Below are positions 1 to 11,845 of a stretch of 64,000 nt of DNA, in pieces (position 1 is the first letter of the stretch; each line of letters opens with the position of its first letter). The notes beneath the pieces were generated by a model. The model saw only the letters and a list, made by a program, of their open reading frames with translations, did no database searches and had not been told where the DNA came from. Source of the DNA: Octopus vulgaris (lineage: Eukaryota); NCBI GenBank assembly GCA_951406725.2, contig OX597834.1:7750001-7814000 (forward strand), in the 5' to 3' direction. Position numbers and translations under genes: made by a program.

Positions 1-156
1 TTCTTTCAGTTTCCGTCTACCAAATCCACTCACAAGGCTTTGGTCGGCCCGAGGCTATAGTAGAAGACACTTGCCCAAGGTGCCACGCAGTGGGACTGAA
101 CCTGGAGCCATGTGATTGGTAAACAAGCTACTTACCACACAGCCACTCCTGCGCCT
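1..156 (-). mobile_element. SINE family A (tRNA-derived, internal (TA)n), 5' part cut by window edge
   Basis: Reverse complement reads aggcgcaggagtggctgtgtggtaag...gttcagtccc...ccttgggcaagtgtcttc...gacggaaactgaaagaa, matching full copies at 30352 and 33781. Confidence 0.9.
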
Positions 157-166
157 ATATATATAT

Positions 167-233
<67 letters not shown>

Positions 234-240
234 AAAATGC

Positions 241-548
241 GGAAAATGCACAAAGTTTATATAATTTTAACATATTATAAATGAAAGGGTATTGTGCTTG
301 TCGACCGGTTTCGCTTTGGCTAATCATGATATTGAAATTGTTGTAATTTCATATTTTCTTGTGAAAATTTTAATCCATGTTCTTGTATGCTCATTCTCAT
401 GTCCATGTTCTTGTACGTTCATTCACACCCTTTCATATAAGAACATGAACTAATCAATATCATGATTAGCGAAAGCAAAACCGCCCGACAACCACAATAC
501 TCTTTTATTTAAAATATATTAAAACCATGTGAACTGTATTCATTTTCC
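241..548. repeat. ~95-bp imperfect inverted repeat (241-335 / 454-548) adjoining (TA)n; probable Penelope-type pLTR relic
   Basis: Reverse complement of 241-335 (tcaatatcatgattagccaaagcgaaaccggtcgacaagcac...cattttcc) aligns to 454-548 along its length. Confidence 0.75.
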
Positions 549-629
549 TTCTTTTATTTTATACATATTTTTTACATTGCAACTCAGCAGATGGGGGATA
601 ATCGAAATTCGCTTCCTCCCATTTCTTAC

Positions 630-687
<58 letters not shown>

Positions 688-880
688 ATTATTGAAGTAG
701 ATAAATGAATTATCTTATTACGGATCATTCAAATGATAACCGATACCTGGGTAGCAAAAACCACAACAGAAAAATCACGGTTGAGGTTACGTGCCTTAGT
801 GCTGAAATTTGAAGTTTTATATATTTAGTGTAGGGAGAAATGGAGCTGAATGAAGATTTAACAAAATTCCTTTTTATTAT

Positions 881-963
881 TTTCTACATATGTTTTAAAG
901 GCTGCAAAGTCCCTAATTCGGATTGAATAAGGAGTCCATTTTGCAGCCTTCTCTTCAGGAAAA
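881..963 (-). ncRNA. Type I hammerhead ribozyme motif of PLE1 (GAAA mutated to AAAA)
   Basis: Minus strand: ttttc CTGAAGA gaaggctgcaaa...tttgcagccttt AAAAC atat GTA gaaaa; 5-bp stem I, 11-bp stem II, palindromic stem III. Confidence 0.7.
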
Positions 964-1545
964 TCCAGGAATTTAATTCTCCAACAAAATGCACAGCAAG
1001 CTTTTCGACAAACGCTCACGAGGAGCCCATGGGATAAATGGCACAAAACTGTCTATCAATATGCGTTGACGCCAGGCTGGGTGAAAGCCGACGAAAAAGT
1101 CCGTTGAGATAATTCAAGGTCAAAATCCGGTTAAGAGGGGGGGGTAACAGGAAAATCAAAGAGTGTGAATGTATTCTGTATGACTGGTGTTAATATTCGA
1201 ATTGTTTTAAGAATGAGTGCTATAGTGTTTGAGTGTGAGAAATTGCTTTCATGTATGTGTGTGTGCGTCTATGTATGTGTTGCAGTGTGTTTAGAAGGCT
1301 GCAAGGGAGAGATATATAGCAGATATTAATGGTTAAGCAACAGAAAAGACTGTGTCTGTGTGTTCGTCTGTAACCAGTTGATAGAGAGATGGGGTGTCAA
1401 CAATGGCAGGATACAGTGACATCCCTGACAGCAGTTCTAGATAAGTAGCAGTTCTTACACTAACAGGGGAGTGATTTCCTCTTACAAATTTAATTCAAAA
1501 TTTTTTTCTTATCTTAGGAAATCAAAGGGTTAACTATCTTAGACT

Positions 1546-1761
1546 TCATTGGAATGAAGGAAATGTGTGCCGTTTCCAGTGTGGGCATCTAAAAGAATTT
1601 TGCACAATAGAGTTAACAAGTTGCCCTCGGGCGAACAGAATATGAAAGAGTTCCGAGTTGCAAAGATCACAGATTCTGTTGCCTCTATCAAACGGTAAAG
1701 ACACCGATAAAATTGACCATTCCAGTCTAAAGGTTGAATTCGCGTTCTTCAAACGCCAGGT
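1546..1761 (-). pseudogene. Penelope-like GIY-YIG endonuclease C-terminal fragment
   Basis: Non-repetitive tail of ORF 1546..2052; CxxC plus CxH motif; homologous to 7245-7394. Confidence 0.75.
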
Positions 1762-1798
1762 GCATTTTGTTGGAGAATTAAATTCCTGGATTTTCCTG

Positions 1799-1930
1799 TG
1801 TCCCTTTCTGTAGAAGAGCATAGGCTTGAAACGTAAAATAGTTTTTCTATTCCTCAGCGTTATACTAATACATCTGTTTGTTTTGTAGACCACCTGTCTT
1901 CGTCTTTTGTGTTTTTCGTAAACTCTCCCT
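1799..1930 (+). mobile_element. Family D (TA)n-associated short repeat with HHR-like core
   Basis: ctttctgtagaagagcataggcttgaaacgtaaa...aaactctccc then (TA)n; homologues at 6352-6540, 11846-12050, 28611-28812 and 29200-29385. Confidence 0.75.
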
Positions 1931-2106
<176 letters not shown>

Positions 2107-2519
2107 TTGACCTCCACATGTATGAAAGGCTACGACATAGGATGATTTCAGTACAGAACATGAAATCTAGCCGCATAATTCTACATTCAGCAATCTTCAT
2201 GTTGGTTGATGATATCAATATTCATTCTGACTTTTATTTTTCACATTTTTAATAGCATAAACCACATTTTTTCCATATTGGATCAAGGCTTCAAATTGGA
2301 AGGGTGTTGAACAGTTAATTAGAATGAGTCAAGTTCGCAAATGCTAATTATTTTATTGGTCTCCGGGCTATCAAAGGCAAATTCAACTCTAAGGTTTGGA
2401 ATCCAGAAAATTTAGTGATAAAATGATAATTGTGAGGGAGACAGTGTGAGGTGTTCCACCTTTTAAGACAATTTATTGGACTTAATATCGTTGTAGCTGT
2501 TTGTGTATGTTTTTTGCTG

Positions 2520-2620
2520 TTCAATTATTATTATTTTTATTATTGTTGTTATTGCTGTTGTTTTAATTATTATTATTATTGTACTTTTTGCTATTATTAC
2601 TGTTGTTTTGATTATTATTA

Positions 2621-2691
<71 letters not shown>

Positions 2692-2725
2692 AATAATAAT
2701 AATAATAAAAAAAATTATGATGATG

Positions 2726-2797
<72 letters not shown>
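2520..2797. repeat. (ATT)n switching to (AAT)n microsatellite
   Basis: Direct reading. Confidence 0.9.
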
Positions 2798-3129
2798 TGA
2801 TTGTTTTGATTCTTATTTTAGAAGTCATAAAAATTTGGGGAAGGAAAATCGATTTAGCTGATTAAACTTTTGGGGTCGGTGTAACTAATTAAATGAAACC
2901 TAGTCCCTGGCAAATTTGTATTTTATAGCCCTCGGAAAGATGAAAGACTGAATGTGACTCACGCAACATTGTTTCAGAGAATGTAAAGTGCCTCGACAAA
3001 AATACAGTTTGGCATTCGCCCTGGACTCTATTAAACGTGTCATAATATTTCTGACATCAAATCCCGGACATGTGTTGATTAGAAAGTAGATTTTATTTAA
3101 CAGCAGGAAACGACTGGTTGTTATATACC

Positions 3130-3571
3130 CTTTTACTCTCTTTTACTCTTTTACTTGTTTCAGTCATTTGACTGCGACCATGCTGGAGCACCGCATTTTT
3201 AATCGAGCAACTCGACCCCGGGACTTATTCCTTTTTTGTAAGCCCTGTACTTATTCCTTTTTTGTAAGCCCGGTACTTATTATATCGGTCTCTTTTGCCG
3301 AACCGCTAAGTAACGAGGACATAAACGCATCAGCATCGGTTGTCAAGCAATGCTAGGGGGACAAACACAGACACACAAACACAAACACACACACGCGCAT
3401 ATATATACGACGGGCTTCTTTCAGTTTCCATCTACCAAATCCACTCACAAGGCATTGGTCGGCCCGAGGCTATAGTAGAAGACACTTGCCCAAGGTGCCA
3501 CGCAGTGGGACTGAACCCGCAACCATGTGGTTGGTTAGCAAGCTACTTACCATACAGCCACTCCTGCGCCT
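3130..3571 (-). mobile_element. SINE family A, full length
   Basis: Head aggcgcaggagtggctg through tail gactgaaacaagtaaaagag on the minus strand; small internal duplication near 3224-3271. Confidence 0.9.
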
Positions 3572-4751
3572 TTTTTTTTTAGTTGAGGGAGATAATCAAA
3601 AGTACCGATATTTCACATAAAACCTGGGGAGATAACCCAATTTCCTTAATGGGGGTGAGATAATCATAAAATACCGAGAGTCCTTCAAAACTAAAGTTAT
3701 TTTTTCCCGGAAAATTTCAGTCAGGGCATATTTCACCGGGATATAGCCCTGATTACCACCACTACGATAATAAACGTTGCAGTTGTGCTTGCTATTTACC
3801 AAAGTCGTAGTCGTATTAGAAGGACAGTGGTCAGTTACTTGAGGCAGTAATGTAGTTTGGCTGCAAGGCATTATGGAATCTGTTGGAACGTCGCTAACTG
3901 CAAAATCATCTTGTGGTCTTTCATAATTCACATTATCGTTTTTGTTTATAGAGTAGGGAAGAAGGTAAATTTTCGATTTCTTAATAAAGTTAAAGTTACT
4001 AACCTTTCTCCTATATTCTACAAATGTTGCTTATTGGCGTAGTTGATTCGTAGAAAAATGATTTAATTCTCGATGCAGATCGTCCAAATATAATTTTAGT
4101 CGATTCATATAGCTTAGAGCGGGGCTTTCTTTCGCATATTTTGTAGCATTTAAATAGATCAGTTGGATCGAAAATCACTATAATCGTAAATAAAAGGCTC
4201 CCTCAGTTAATTAGTCTGAAGATTAACCAGTTATTTAACAAGGCTGATAATTGTGGGTCCAGAATTGGAGATAGTATTCATCGTATTTTCGCTAAATAAT
4301 CTTCCACGCCAAATACGCGACTTGTCACTTCGAGATATGTATTATATAGGTTAGTATGTATATATGTATGTACTGCTATATATGCACAAATATATGTGTT
4401 TGTGTGAGCATATGTGTCTGTGAGCTTGTGTGCATTATAGACGGGATAGCAGAAAGACACAACTGTTTCAAAATATATGTGTGAGTTCTGGAAGTAAATG
4501 AAGAACGCTAAATTATAGAAGATGCCCTGCCGCTTGCATTTTTAATTCTGCCATTAGCAAACCTATCAGTTATAAATCATATGAACTGTTGAACTGCATC
4601 AAGGTCACTGTTTCTTAAAGAAATAGATTATCGATCAAATTCGTGACTGGTATGACAGATGATTCAGAGAATTTTGAACTTGGGAGTAAAATGAATATAA
4701 AATTAGTCACAGGTACATTAAAGACTGAGAGAATTCATCAAAAGACTATAT

Positions 4752-4814
<63 letters not shown>

Positions 4815-4841
4815 TACACATATATATACATACATGCATAC

Positions 4842-4909
<68 letters not shown>

Positions 4910-5085
4910 TTATTATAATTATGAGTATATTTATAATTAGGGTTAGGCCAAAAATTTGCTTCACCACACACCGAACTTTAGGAACAGCAGCCAAATAATG
5001 CAGCTATTTCTTCTACTGTAAGAAACAACTCCCAGACAATATATACTCAAAAACAATTCCCATAGGCAGAGAGGAAATATAAGAT

Positions 5086-5160
<75 letters not shown>

Positions 5161-5171
5161 ATATATATGTA

Positions 5172-5221
<50 letters not shown>

Positions 5222-5224
<3 letters not shown>

Positions 5225-5381
5225 GAGTGGCTGTGTGGTAAGTAGCTTGCTAACCAACCACATGGTTCCGGGTTCAGTCCACTGCGTGGCATCTTGGGCA
5301 AGTTTCTTCTGCTATAGCCCCGGGCCGACCAATGCCTTGTGAGTGGATTTGGTAGACGGAAACTGAAAGAAGCCTGTCGTA

Positions 5382-5436
<55 letters not shown>

Positions 5437-5660
5437 TTGTGTGTCTGTGTTTGTCCCCCTAGCATTGCTTGACAACCGATGCTGGTGTGTTTACGTCCCC
5501 GTCACTTAGCGATTCGGCAAAAGAGACCGATAGAATAAGTACTGGGCTTACAAAGAATAAGTCCCGGGGTCGATTTGCTCGACTAAAGGCGGTGCTCCAG
5601 CATGGCCGCAGTCAAATGACTGAAACAAGTAAAAGAGAGTAAAGAGAAAGAGAAAGAGAT
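5222..5660 (+). mobile_element. SINE family A, near full length
   Basis: A-box-like tggctgtgtgg, B-box-like ggttcagtcc, internal (TA)n/(TG)n, purine-rich repeat tail. Confidence 0.92.
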
Positions 5661-5892
5661 ATATATGTGTTTGTGTGTATATATATGGGGAGTGTAAAAG
5701 TAGGTAAACAGTAAGTATCACATGAATGTCATAAAGCTCAATTCATTAACTTAGCCTCATTTCTGGTATTTTCAGTGTCATTAATCATAATGTTACATTT
5801 CTTATAACTATGATAAAGCATTGGTCGTTAATTCTAATCTGTTTCACAAAAATAAATGAGTATTTTCATAATTTTATGTATACTTTTGCTCC

Positions 5893-5941
<49 letters not shown>

Positions 5942-5946
<5 letters not shown>

Positions 5947-6250
5947 ATTTTATAGAAATCAATACATAAAATTTTATTGGAGTATTGATTAAGTCTTTCT
6001 ACAATAGTGGTTTTCTCTAATAATATTTTATAATATTTTACTATAAAATTGGATTTAATCCTAGAACTGTTTTTTTCAAATTTGGATTTATTCAATATTT
6101 ATTATTAATCATCAGGAGCTTCCTGATGATTTCTTCTTGAATGAAACAGTTCTAGTCCTGTAGAAGCTCCTTCTATAAAATAAATTAATTTACTCTGCTA
6201 TGTATTGAGTACCTTATTTACTGTGGTTAACCCCGACTCAACCCGGGACC

Positions 6251-6252
<2 letters not shown>
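5942..6252 (+). mobile_element. (TA)n-embedded HHR-bearing element (PLE pLTR-like)
   Basis: Flanked by (TA)n on both sides; contains a complete HHR; 5965-6025 resembles the reverse complement of 61690-61770. Confidence 0.65.
6114..6171 (+). ncRNA. Type I hammerhead ribozyme with intact core
   Basis: aggagcttc CTGATGA tttcttcttgaat GAAAC ag ttctagtc ct GTA gaagctcct; 9-bp stem I, stem III acag/ctgt, GUA cleavage triplet. Confidence 0.8.
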
Positions 6253-6300
<48 letters not shown>

Positions 6301-6301
<1 letters not shown>

Positions 6302-6344
6302 TCTTTTACTCTTTTACTTGTTTCAGCCATCCGGCTGAGGCCAT
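6301..6344 (-). mobile_element. SINE A-type 3' tail fragment with variant hairpin
   Basis: Minus strand: atggcctcagccggatggctgaaacaagtaaaagagtaaaagag. Confidence 0.65.
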
Positions 6345-6351
6345 ATATATA

Positions 6352-6540
6352 TCGCCGAGATAGATCGTTAGCCACTACACACATTTTTTTCTCTTCTTTT
6401 TTTTTCTGTGTCCCTTTCTGTAGAAGAGCGAAGGATCGAAACGTAAAAGACTTTTTTCTATTCCTGAGCGCTATACTAATACATCTGTTTGTTTAGTACA
6501 CTACCTGTCTTTGTCGTTTGTTTTTTCGGAAAATTTCCAT
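6352..6540 (+). mobile_element. Family D (TA)n-associated repeat
   Basis: gatagatcgttagccactacacac...ctgtagaagagcgaaggatcgaaacgtaaaag... Confidence 0.75.
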
Positions 6541-6680
6541 ATATATATATATAAATATACATATTTATATATACATACACACATAAATATATATATATAC
6601 ACATATATATATGTACATATTTATATATGTATATATATATATTTATATATACATATATATATATACATACACACACACAC

Positions 6681-6774
<94 letters not shown>

Positions 6775-6816
6775 ATGAAAGAATGGAGTCGAACGACGAT
6801 TTAACAAAATTCCTTT

Positions 6817-6899
6817 ATTCTCTACACATGTTTCGAAGACTGCATATTCTTAATTCCAAAGGAATAAAGGGTGCATTATGCCGTCTTCTCATCAGGAAT
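6817..6899 (-). ncRNA. Type I hammerhead ribozyme motif in PLE2 inverted pLTR, core intact
   Basis: Minus strand: attc CTGATGA gaagacggcat...atgcagtcttc GAAAC atgt GTA gagaat. Confidence 0.75.
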
Positions 6900-7244
6900 G
6901 ACAAGGAACTTATGTCAGCATCATGACGAACAAAAACTTTTAGATGACTGCCCACACGGAGCCCATAGTGATAATGAGTGTTTCTTTAAAATATTCCGTT
7001 ATAAGCAGTGACGTCAAAATTGTTTGGATGGATAAGATTCTAAAAAGTTAAAGAGTTCAAAAATGGTTGGAAGGGGCAAGTTCTAAGAATAGGAGGGTGA
7101 CAGAGTGCAAGACGTATGTATGGTGATGCGTTGTTGTTTGCTTTTGCCAATGAGATTGAGTGCCTATGTGTGTGTATGTATATAACTGCATTCGTGTCTA
7201 TGTGTGTGTATATGTGTGCGTGATAAGGGCAGAAAATATTCTGC

Positions 7245-7394
7245 CCTTTTGATAAGGGCAGAAAATATTGTGCCGTCTGTAATTCCGAGCTTTTCTATAT
7301 ACTCTTCGCCAAATTCCCTTTGGTAAACACAATGGTAGAAAAATCCTATAGGTGCATGCACTGGCAGAAACACACCTTCCACTCATATGAATGA
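7245..7394 (+). pseudogene. Penelope-like GIY-YIG endonuclease C-terminal fragment (missing from ORF track, under 60 aa)
   Basis: Hand translation aligns without gaps to the PLE1 peptide: PFD.G...C..CNSELF.ILFA...LVN..V..S.RC.HW..HTF.S. Confidence 0.8.
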
Positions 7395-8004
7395 TGATTA
7401 ATATAGATAACCTCCTTGAATTTAATAATTTGGTTCCACATCTACAACAACACCATAGACAAAACTTTTTTTATACTCCGTTACTTGAAGGCCTACTACC
7501 AAATTCGTTGGGGTATGTTCTACCTTTGTCTCTCTACCTCTCCCCCTCTCTCTCTCTACCTCTCCCCCTCTCTCTCTCTCTCTCTCCCTCTCTCTATTAT
7601 AAGCACAATCAAACACACAGAAACAAACCTGTCACTTCACCACTAGTTGTGTTTGGCATTTATCCCCCCCCCACCCAAACAATCACGCACACATATACAC
7701 ACACAGACACGAATGCAGTTATATACATACACACACATAGGCACTCAATCTCATTGGCAAAAGCATACAACAACGCATCACCATACATACGACTTGCACT
7801 CTGTCATCCCCCTATTCTTAGAACTTTCCCCTTCCAACCATTTTTGAACTCTTTAACTTTTTAGAATCTTATCCATCCATACAAGTTTGACGTCACTGCT
7901 TATAACGGAATATTTTAAAGAAACACTAATTATCGCTATGGGCTCCGTGTGGGCAGACATCTAAATGTTTTTGTTCATCATGATGCTGACATAAGTTTCT
8001 TGTC

Positions 8005-8087
8005 TTTCGTGATGAGAAGACGGCATAATGCACCCTTTATTCCTTCGGAATTAAGAATATGCAGTCTTCGAAACATGTGTCGAGAAT
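8005..8087 (+). ncRNA. Type I hammerhead ribozyme motif in PLE2 3' pLTR (C3 mutated to G)
   Basis: tttc GTGATGA gaagac...gtcttc GAAAC atgt GTC gagaa. Confidence 0.65.
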
Positions 8088-8279
8088 AAAGGAATTTTGT
8101 TAAATCGTCGTTCGACTCCATTCTTTCATTTATCTATAGTAAAAAAACACACACATTTCCACACGAAAGCACGTGATTTCTGCCCTTGGCATGTAGCTTC
8201 AACCGTGCTTTCTGACGTAAATTTGCTACCCGAGTATCGGTTAACCGAATTATCCATACTAGGATAATTCATTCAACTA

Positions 8280-8349
<70 letters not shown>

Positions 8350-8466
8350 TAGTTGAATATATATATATATCTGTAAATGTAATATGTGACAATTATTCGG
8401 TAGCCATGATAAAAGTCCGAGTTTCGGATGTCGAGGTGGAAATCCACGCCGCCATATCTTAAATTA

Positions 8467-8706
8467 ACCAATCGATATCAGAAATGTTCGGTGAAATAAC
8501 TCATGAACACTACGATAGCTTCTACCAAAATATGCTTCAACATATTTACGTCGTCGACCGGTCTGAAAAAGGGGAGATCATAAACGAATGATTCTTTTCC
8601 TATTGTCTCCCCTTGTTCAGACCGGTTCAGAACGGAGGATCTTTTGGTAGAAGCTATCGCCAGTGTTCATGAGTTATTTCATCGAACTTTTCAGATATCA
8701 ATTGGT
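8467..8706. mobile_element. Fold-back / MITE-like palindromic element
   Basis: accaatcgatatcagaaatgttcggtgaaataactcatgaacac...agcttctaccaaaa pairs with ttttggtagaagct...gtgttcatgagttatttcatcgaac...gatatcaattggt; inner arms accggtctgaa..aggggaga / tctccccttgttcagaccggt. Confidence 0.7.
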
Positions 8707-9249
8707 GGGCTCTACTGGACGAGTTAGATAAAATAGACATGTATTCCCTTACGGCTGATGTAGTTTAACTCTCTTTTTTTTCAAGGCTTGAGCACCAATT
8801 GAAAAATTCAAATTCATTGCAAAGAATTCAAATTTGATTGCAAAGAATTCAAATTTGATGTCAAAAAGCTAAATTAGATCGAAAACATCTATAATATATA
8901 TGTGTGTATGCATGTATGTATATAAGTAAACAAATTGGGTGCGTTGCGCTGGAATGAATATTTCAAACGTTGGAGGAAGAAACAAAAAGAATGGATGAAA
9001 CTGGTCGAAAAAATGATGGGCCGAAAAGGGAGATAAAAACACGGTACAAGGAATATTAGCACGGTGAGAAAATTTCTAGCCGTTTCTTCAGTAGACTTTT
9101 GTTGAACGATTGTTTGAAGTGTATTTAATACAATGTCCCCGAAAGATGTATTAAGAACTTAATGTTATTAGGGATTTAATATCTTTCTCAAGGGAAATTG
9201 TATTCTGAATATAGGTTTTATTAAGCAACGAAATAAGTATATATTTGTG

Positions 9250-9727
9250 TCGCAACAAATATTTGCCATATTCTGAACGCCTTACTTCCCTGGGCCTGGA
9301 CACATTGAAACTCCAACGTTTGGCAGCTGACTTGGCAGCCACCATGAAATTAGTAACCATCTTACAAACAATAGCTCTGAACACCTTTTCAAACTGCACC
9401 TGTCTAACACCCGTGGACATAATTACAAAATCAGAAAACAACACAGCTCCCATGACTTTCGGAAACATTTTTTCACGCTAAGAGTTGCTGAAGAATGGAA
9501 CAGACTGCCGGCATCTGTTGTTAGTTGTCGGAGCACTGCATCCTTCAAAACTTCCATGCTTTCTGAGATTCGCCATCACTACACCTGATTTTCTTCCCTC
9601 CATACACACGCAAGCAAGTATCTGACTCATACACTGTTCGCTTTCCAGACATTTGTACATTACTGCATATACTTTATACGCACTTTTTGACAAGTTGTGG
9701 TTCACCTGAGCACTGTATACAATAATT

Positions 9728-9813
<86 letters not shown>
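9250..9813 (+). mobile_element. CR1-group LINE 3' fragment with (ATT)n tail
   Basis: LPYSERLTSLGLDTL...(frameshift) NTRGHNYKIRKQHSSHDFRKHFFTLRVAEEWNRLPASVVSCRSTASFK, a typical CR1 ORF2 end, then short 3' UTR and (ATT)n. Confidence 0.85.
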
Positions 9814-9815
<2 letters not shown>

Positions 9816-10234
9816 ACTGGGACACAACAGAATTGTTCCTGCGCCGGATTTAGGATGGTAGAATTCTTGCAAGTGACAGCTTCTTACAAATAGGAATGAA
9901 ATGTCGTTGAATATTTCCATTTCTTCACGTTGCTGCCGCTATAAGTAGAAAATTTCTTTATGTTGTTAAATGTGATTTATTATCAAATGAATTTTTAATC
10001 AGTTATTTCATCTTCAACATTGATACCTTCGTATATTGTGAGTTTTGCAAAAGAAGGTTCAGGGAGGAATTGTTGTTTGGTTGAACTTAAGACACTTAAG
10101 GTTGTGCTAGGCCTTAAATCTGCATTACAATCATCATTACACAAATGTGGATCTAACAAACGAACGTCTCAGATTCGCAAATGAGTTGGATCACAATTAT
10201 ATTCAGGATAAACTACCAGTAAAAAAAAAAGTAT

Positions 10235-10648
10235 CTTGCTAACCAGCCACATGGTTCCGGGTTCAGTCCCCCTGCGTGGCATCTTGGGCAAGTGTCTTCT
10301 GCTATAGCCCCGGGCCGACCAATGCCTTGTGAGTGGATTTGGTAGACGGAAACTGAAAGAAGCCTGTCGTATATATGTATATATATATATATATGTGTGT
10401 ATATGTTTGTGTGTCTGTGCTTGTCCCGGTAGCATTGCTTGACAACCGATGCTGGTGTGTTTACGTCCCAGTCACTTAGCGGTTCGGCAAAAGAGACCGA
10501 TAGAATAAGTAATGGGCTTACAAAGAATAAGTCCCGGGGTCGATTTGCTCGACTAAAGGCGGTGCTCCAGCATGGCCGCAGTCAAATGACTGAAACAAGT
10601 AAAAGAGTAAAGAGTAAAGAGTAAAGAGTAAAGAGTAAAGAGTAAGAG
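10235..10648 (+). mobile_element. SINE family A, 5'-truncated, (AAAGAGT)n tail
   Basis: Near-identical to 5222-5660. Confidence 0.9.
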
Positions 10649-11730
10649 TATGAGTTACCATTCAAAAAACTTCTTTTGAGTTGATATTGAATGTGAAAAA
10701 AAATTTTACGATCACAAAATGAACATTATTGACATCATGGAAGTTTAGTGAATAACAGAAGCAATATAGGTATTGGAACTTGAGTAACACATGTATGTGG
10801 ATGTTTATGCATGCATGTATATATATCTCTCCCCACGCATATGTCGGTGAAAGAGGGCCTAAGATCAGCGAAAAGCAGGTTCTTTTCGAACTATGTCCTT
10901 TATAGAAACGAAGGCCTTTACTCCGACTTGCTCTTTGCCACACTTAACTTCAAGAATATAGCAAACCTCGATTGTCTTATTGGAAATATTTACCTAAGGG
11001 CATTATAGTTTGAAATTATGTTAATGATATATGAAAGACTAATCAAAGCTAGCGAAAAATAAAAAGAGAAATCTCTTACAAACATAGAAAGATAAATGTT
11101 TTGACTCTAAACACATTCTCCAGTTTATGCATTCTTAAATATTGGATAAACTATATTCCTAAATAATCTGACATCAATATCGAAGCAGTAAATCAACTAG
11201 GTTGTGTCAAAACATAAAAATAAGTAAATAATTATGTCTCTTGAGAAAGCGAATTGTTTTTAAATAGATCGTATCAAAAGTAAAATAATTTTGGTAAGAA
11301 TCTATTACATTTGTGTTTAGCCATAACTAAATTCACAAAGCAGCTGAATAAAATCGCCATTGACTATAAAGGATATCGACATGTTACAAATCATTAATTT
11401 TATATCTGTGATATGAAAATTCTATAATACAAATGTCGAAAATTAAGCGAGAAAAAAACACTTTCATGGATTTTGCTAGTCGTTGCTGATCTTGTCGTCG
11501 TCATCCCCCTCCTCCTCCTCCTCCTCATCATCATCTTTGTCGTCGTCGTTGTCGTCGTTATTGTTTTCGATCTCCGCAAATTCATCTTTAATTTATCCAT
11601 ACGTGCGTCTATCTCATCACTTACCACACTCCTCTGTTATCTCTGCTCATTTCATCACTTGAGGATAGGTTTTACCAATTCTTTGCAGAGTTTCCTACAC
11701 TTTGATTTTTGCAGGATTGCCCCATGCAGA

Positions 11731-11829
<99 letters not shown>

Positions 11830-11845
11830 CTATGTATATATATAT

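Larger units (their letters stand above)
690..1798 (-). mobile_element. 5'-truncated Penelope-like retroelement (PLE1): endonuclease C-terminus, 3' UTR with HHR, inverted 39-bp pLTR piece
   Basis: 1761-1546 encodes TWRLKNANSTFRLEWSILSVSLPFDRGNRICDLCNSE...LVNSIVQNSFRCPH, matching the PLE GIY-YIG C-terminal pattern W.LK....W.I...C.LC..E...N....C.H; UTR and terminus are homologous to PLE2; 1760-1798 is the exact reverse complement of 956-994. Confidence 0.8.
6767..8282 (+). mobile_element. 5'-truncated Penelope-like retroelement (PLE2) with ~455-bp inverted pLTR (6767-7223 vs 7682-8137) and ~145-bp 3' tail
   Basis: 7245-7394 encodes PFDKGRKYCAVCNSELFYILFAKFPLVNTMVEKSYRCMHWQKHTFHSYE*; long inverted repeat read directly; HHR in both arms; flanked by (TA)n/(GATA)n and (TA)n. 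Confidence 0.85.

Noticed and set aside
4050-4275. Minus-strand LSPIL...LYLDDL resembling RT motifs
   Set aside because: In-frame stop, unconvincing spacing and no other motifs
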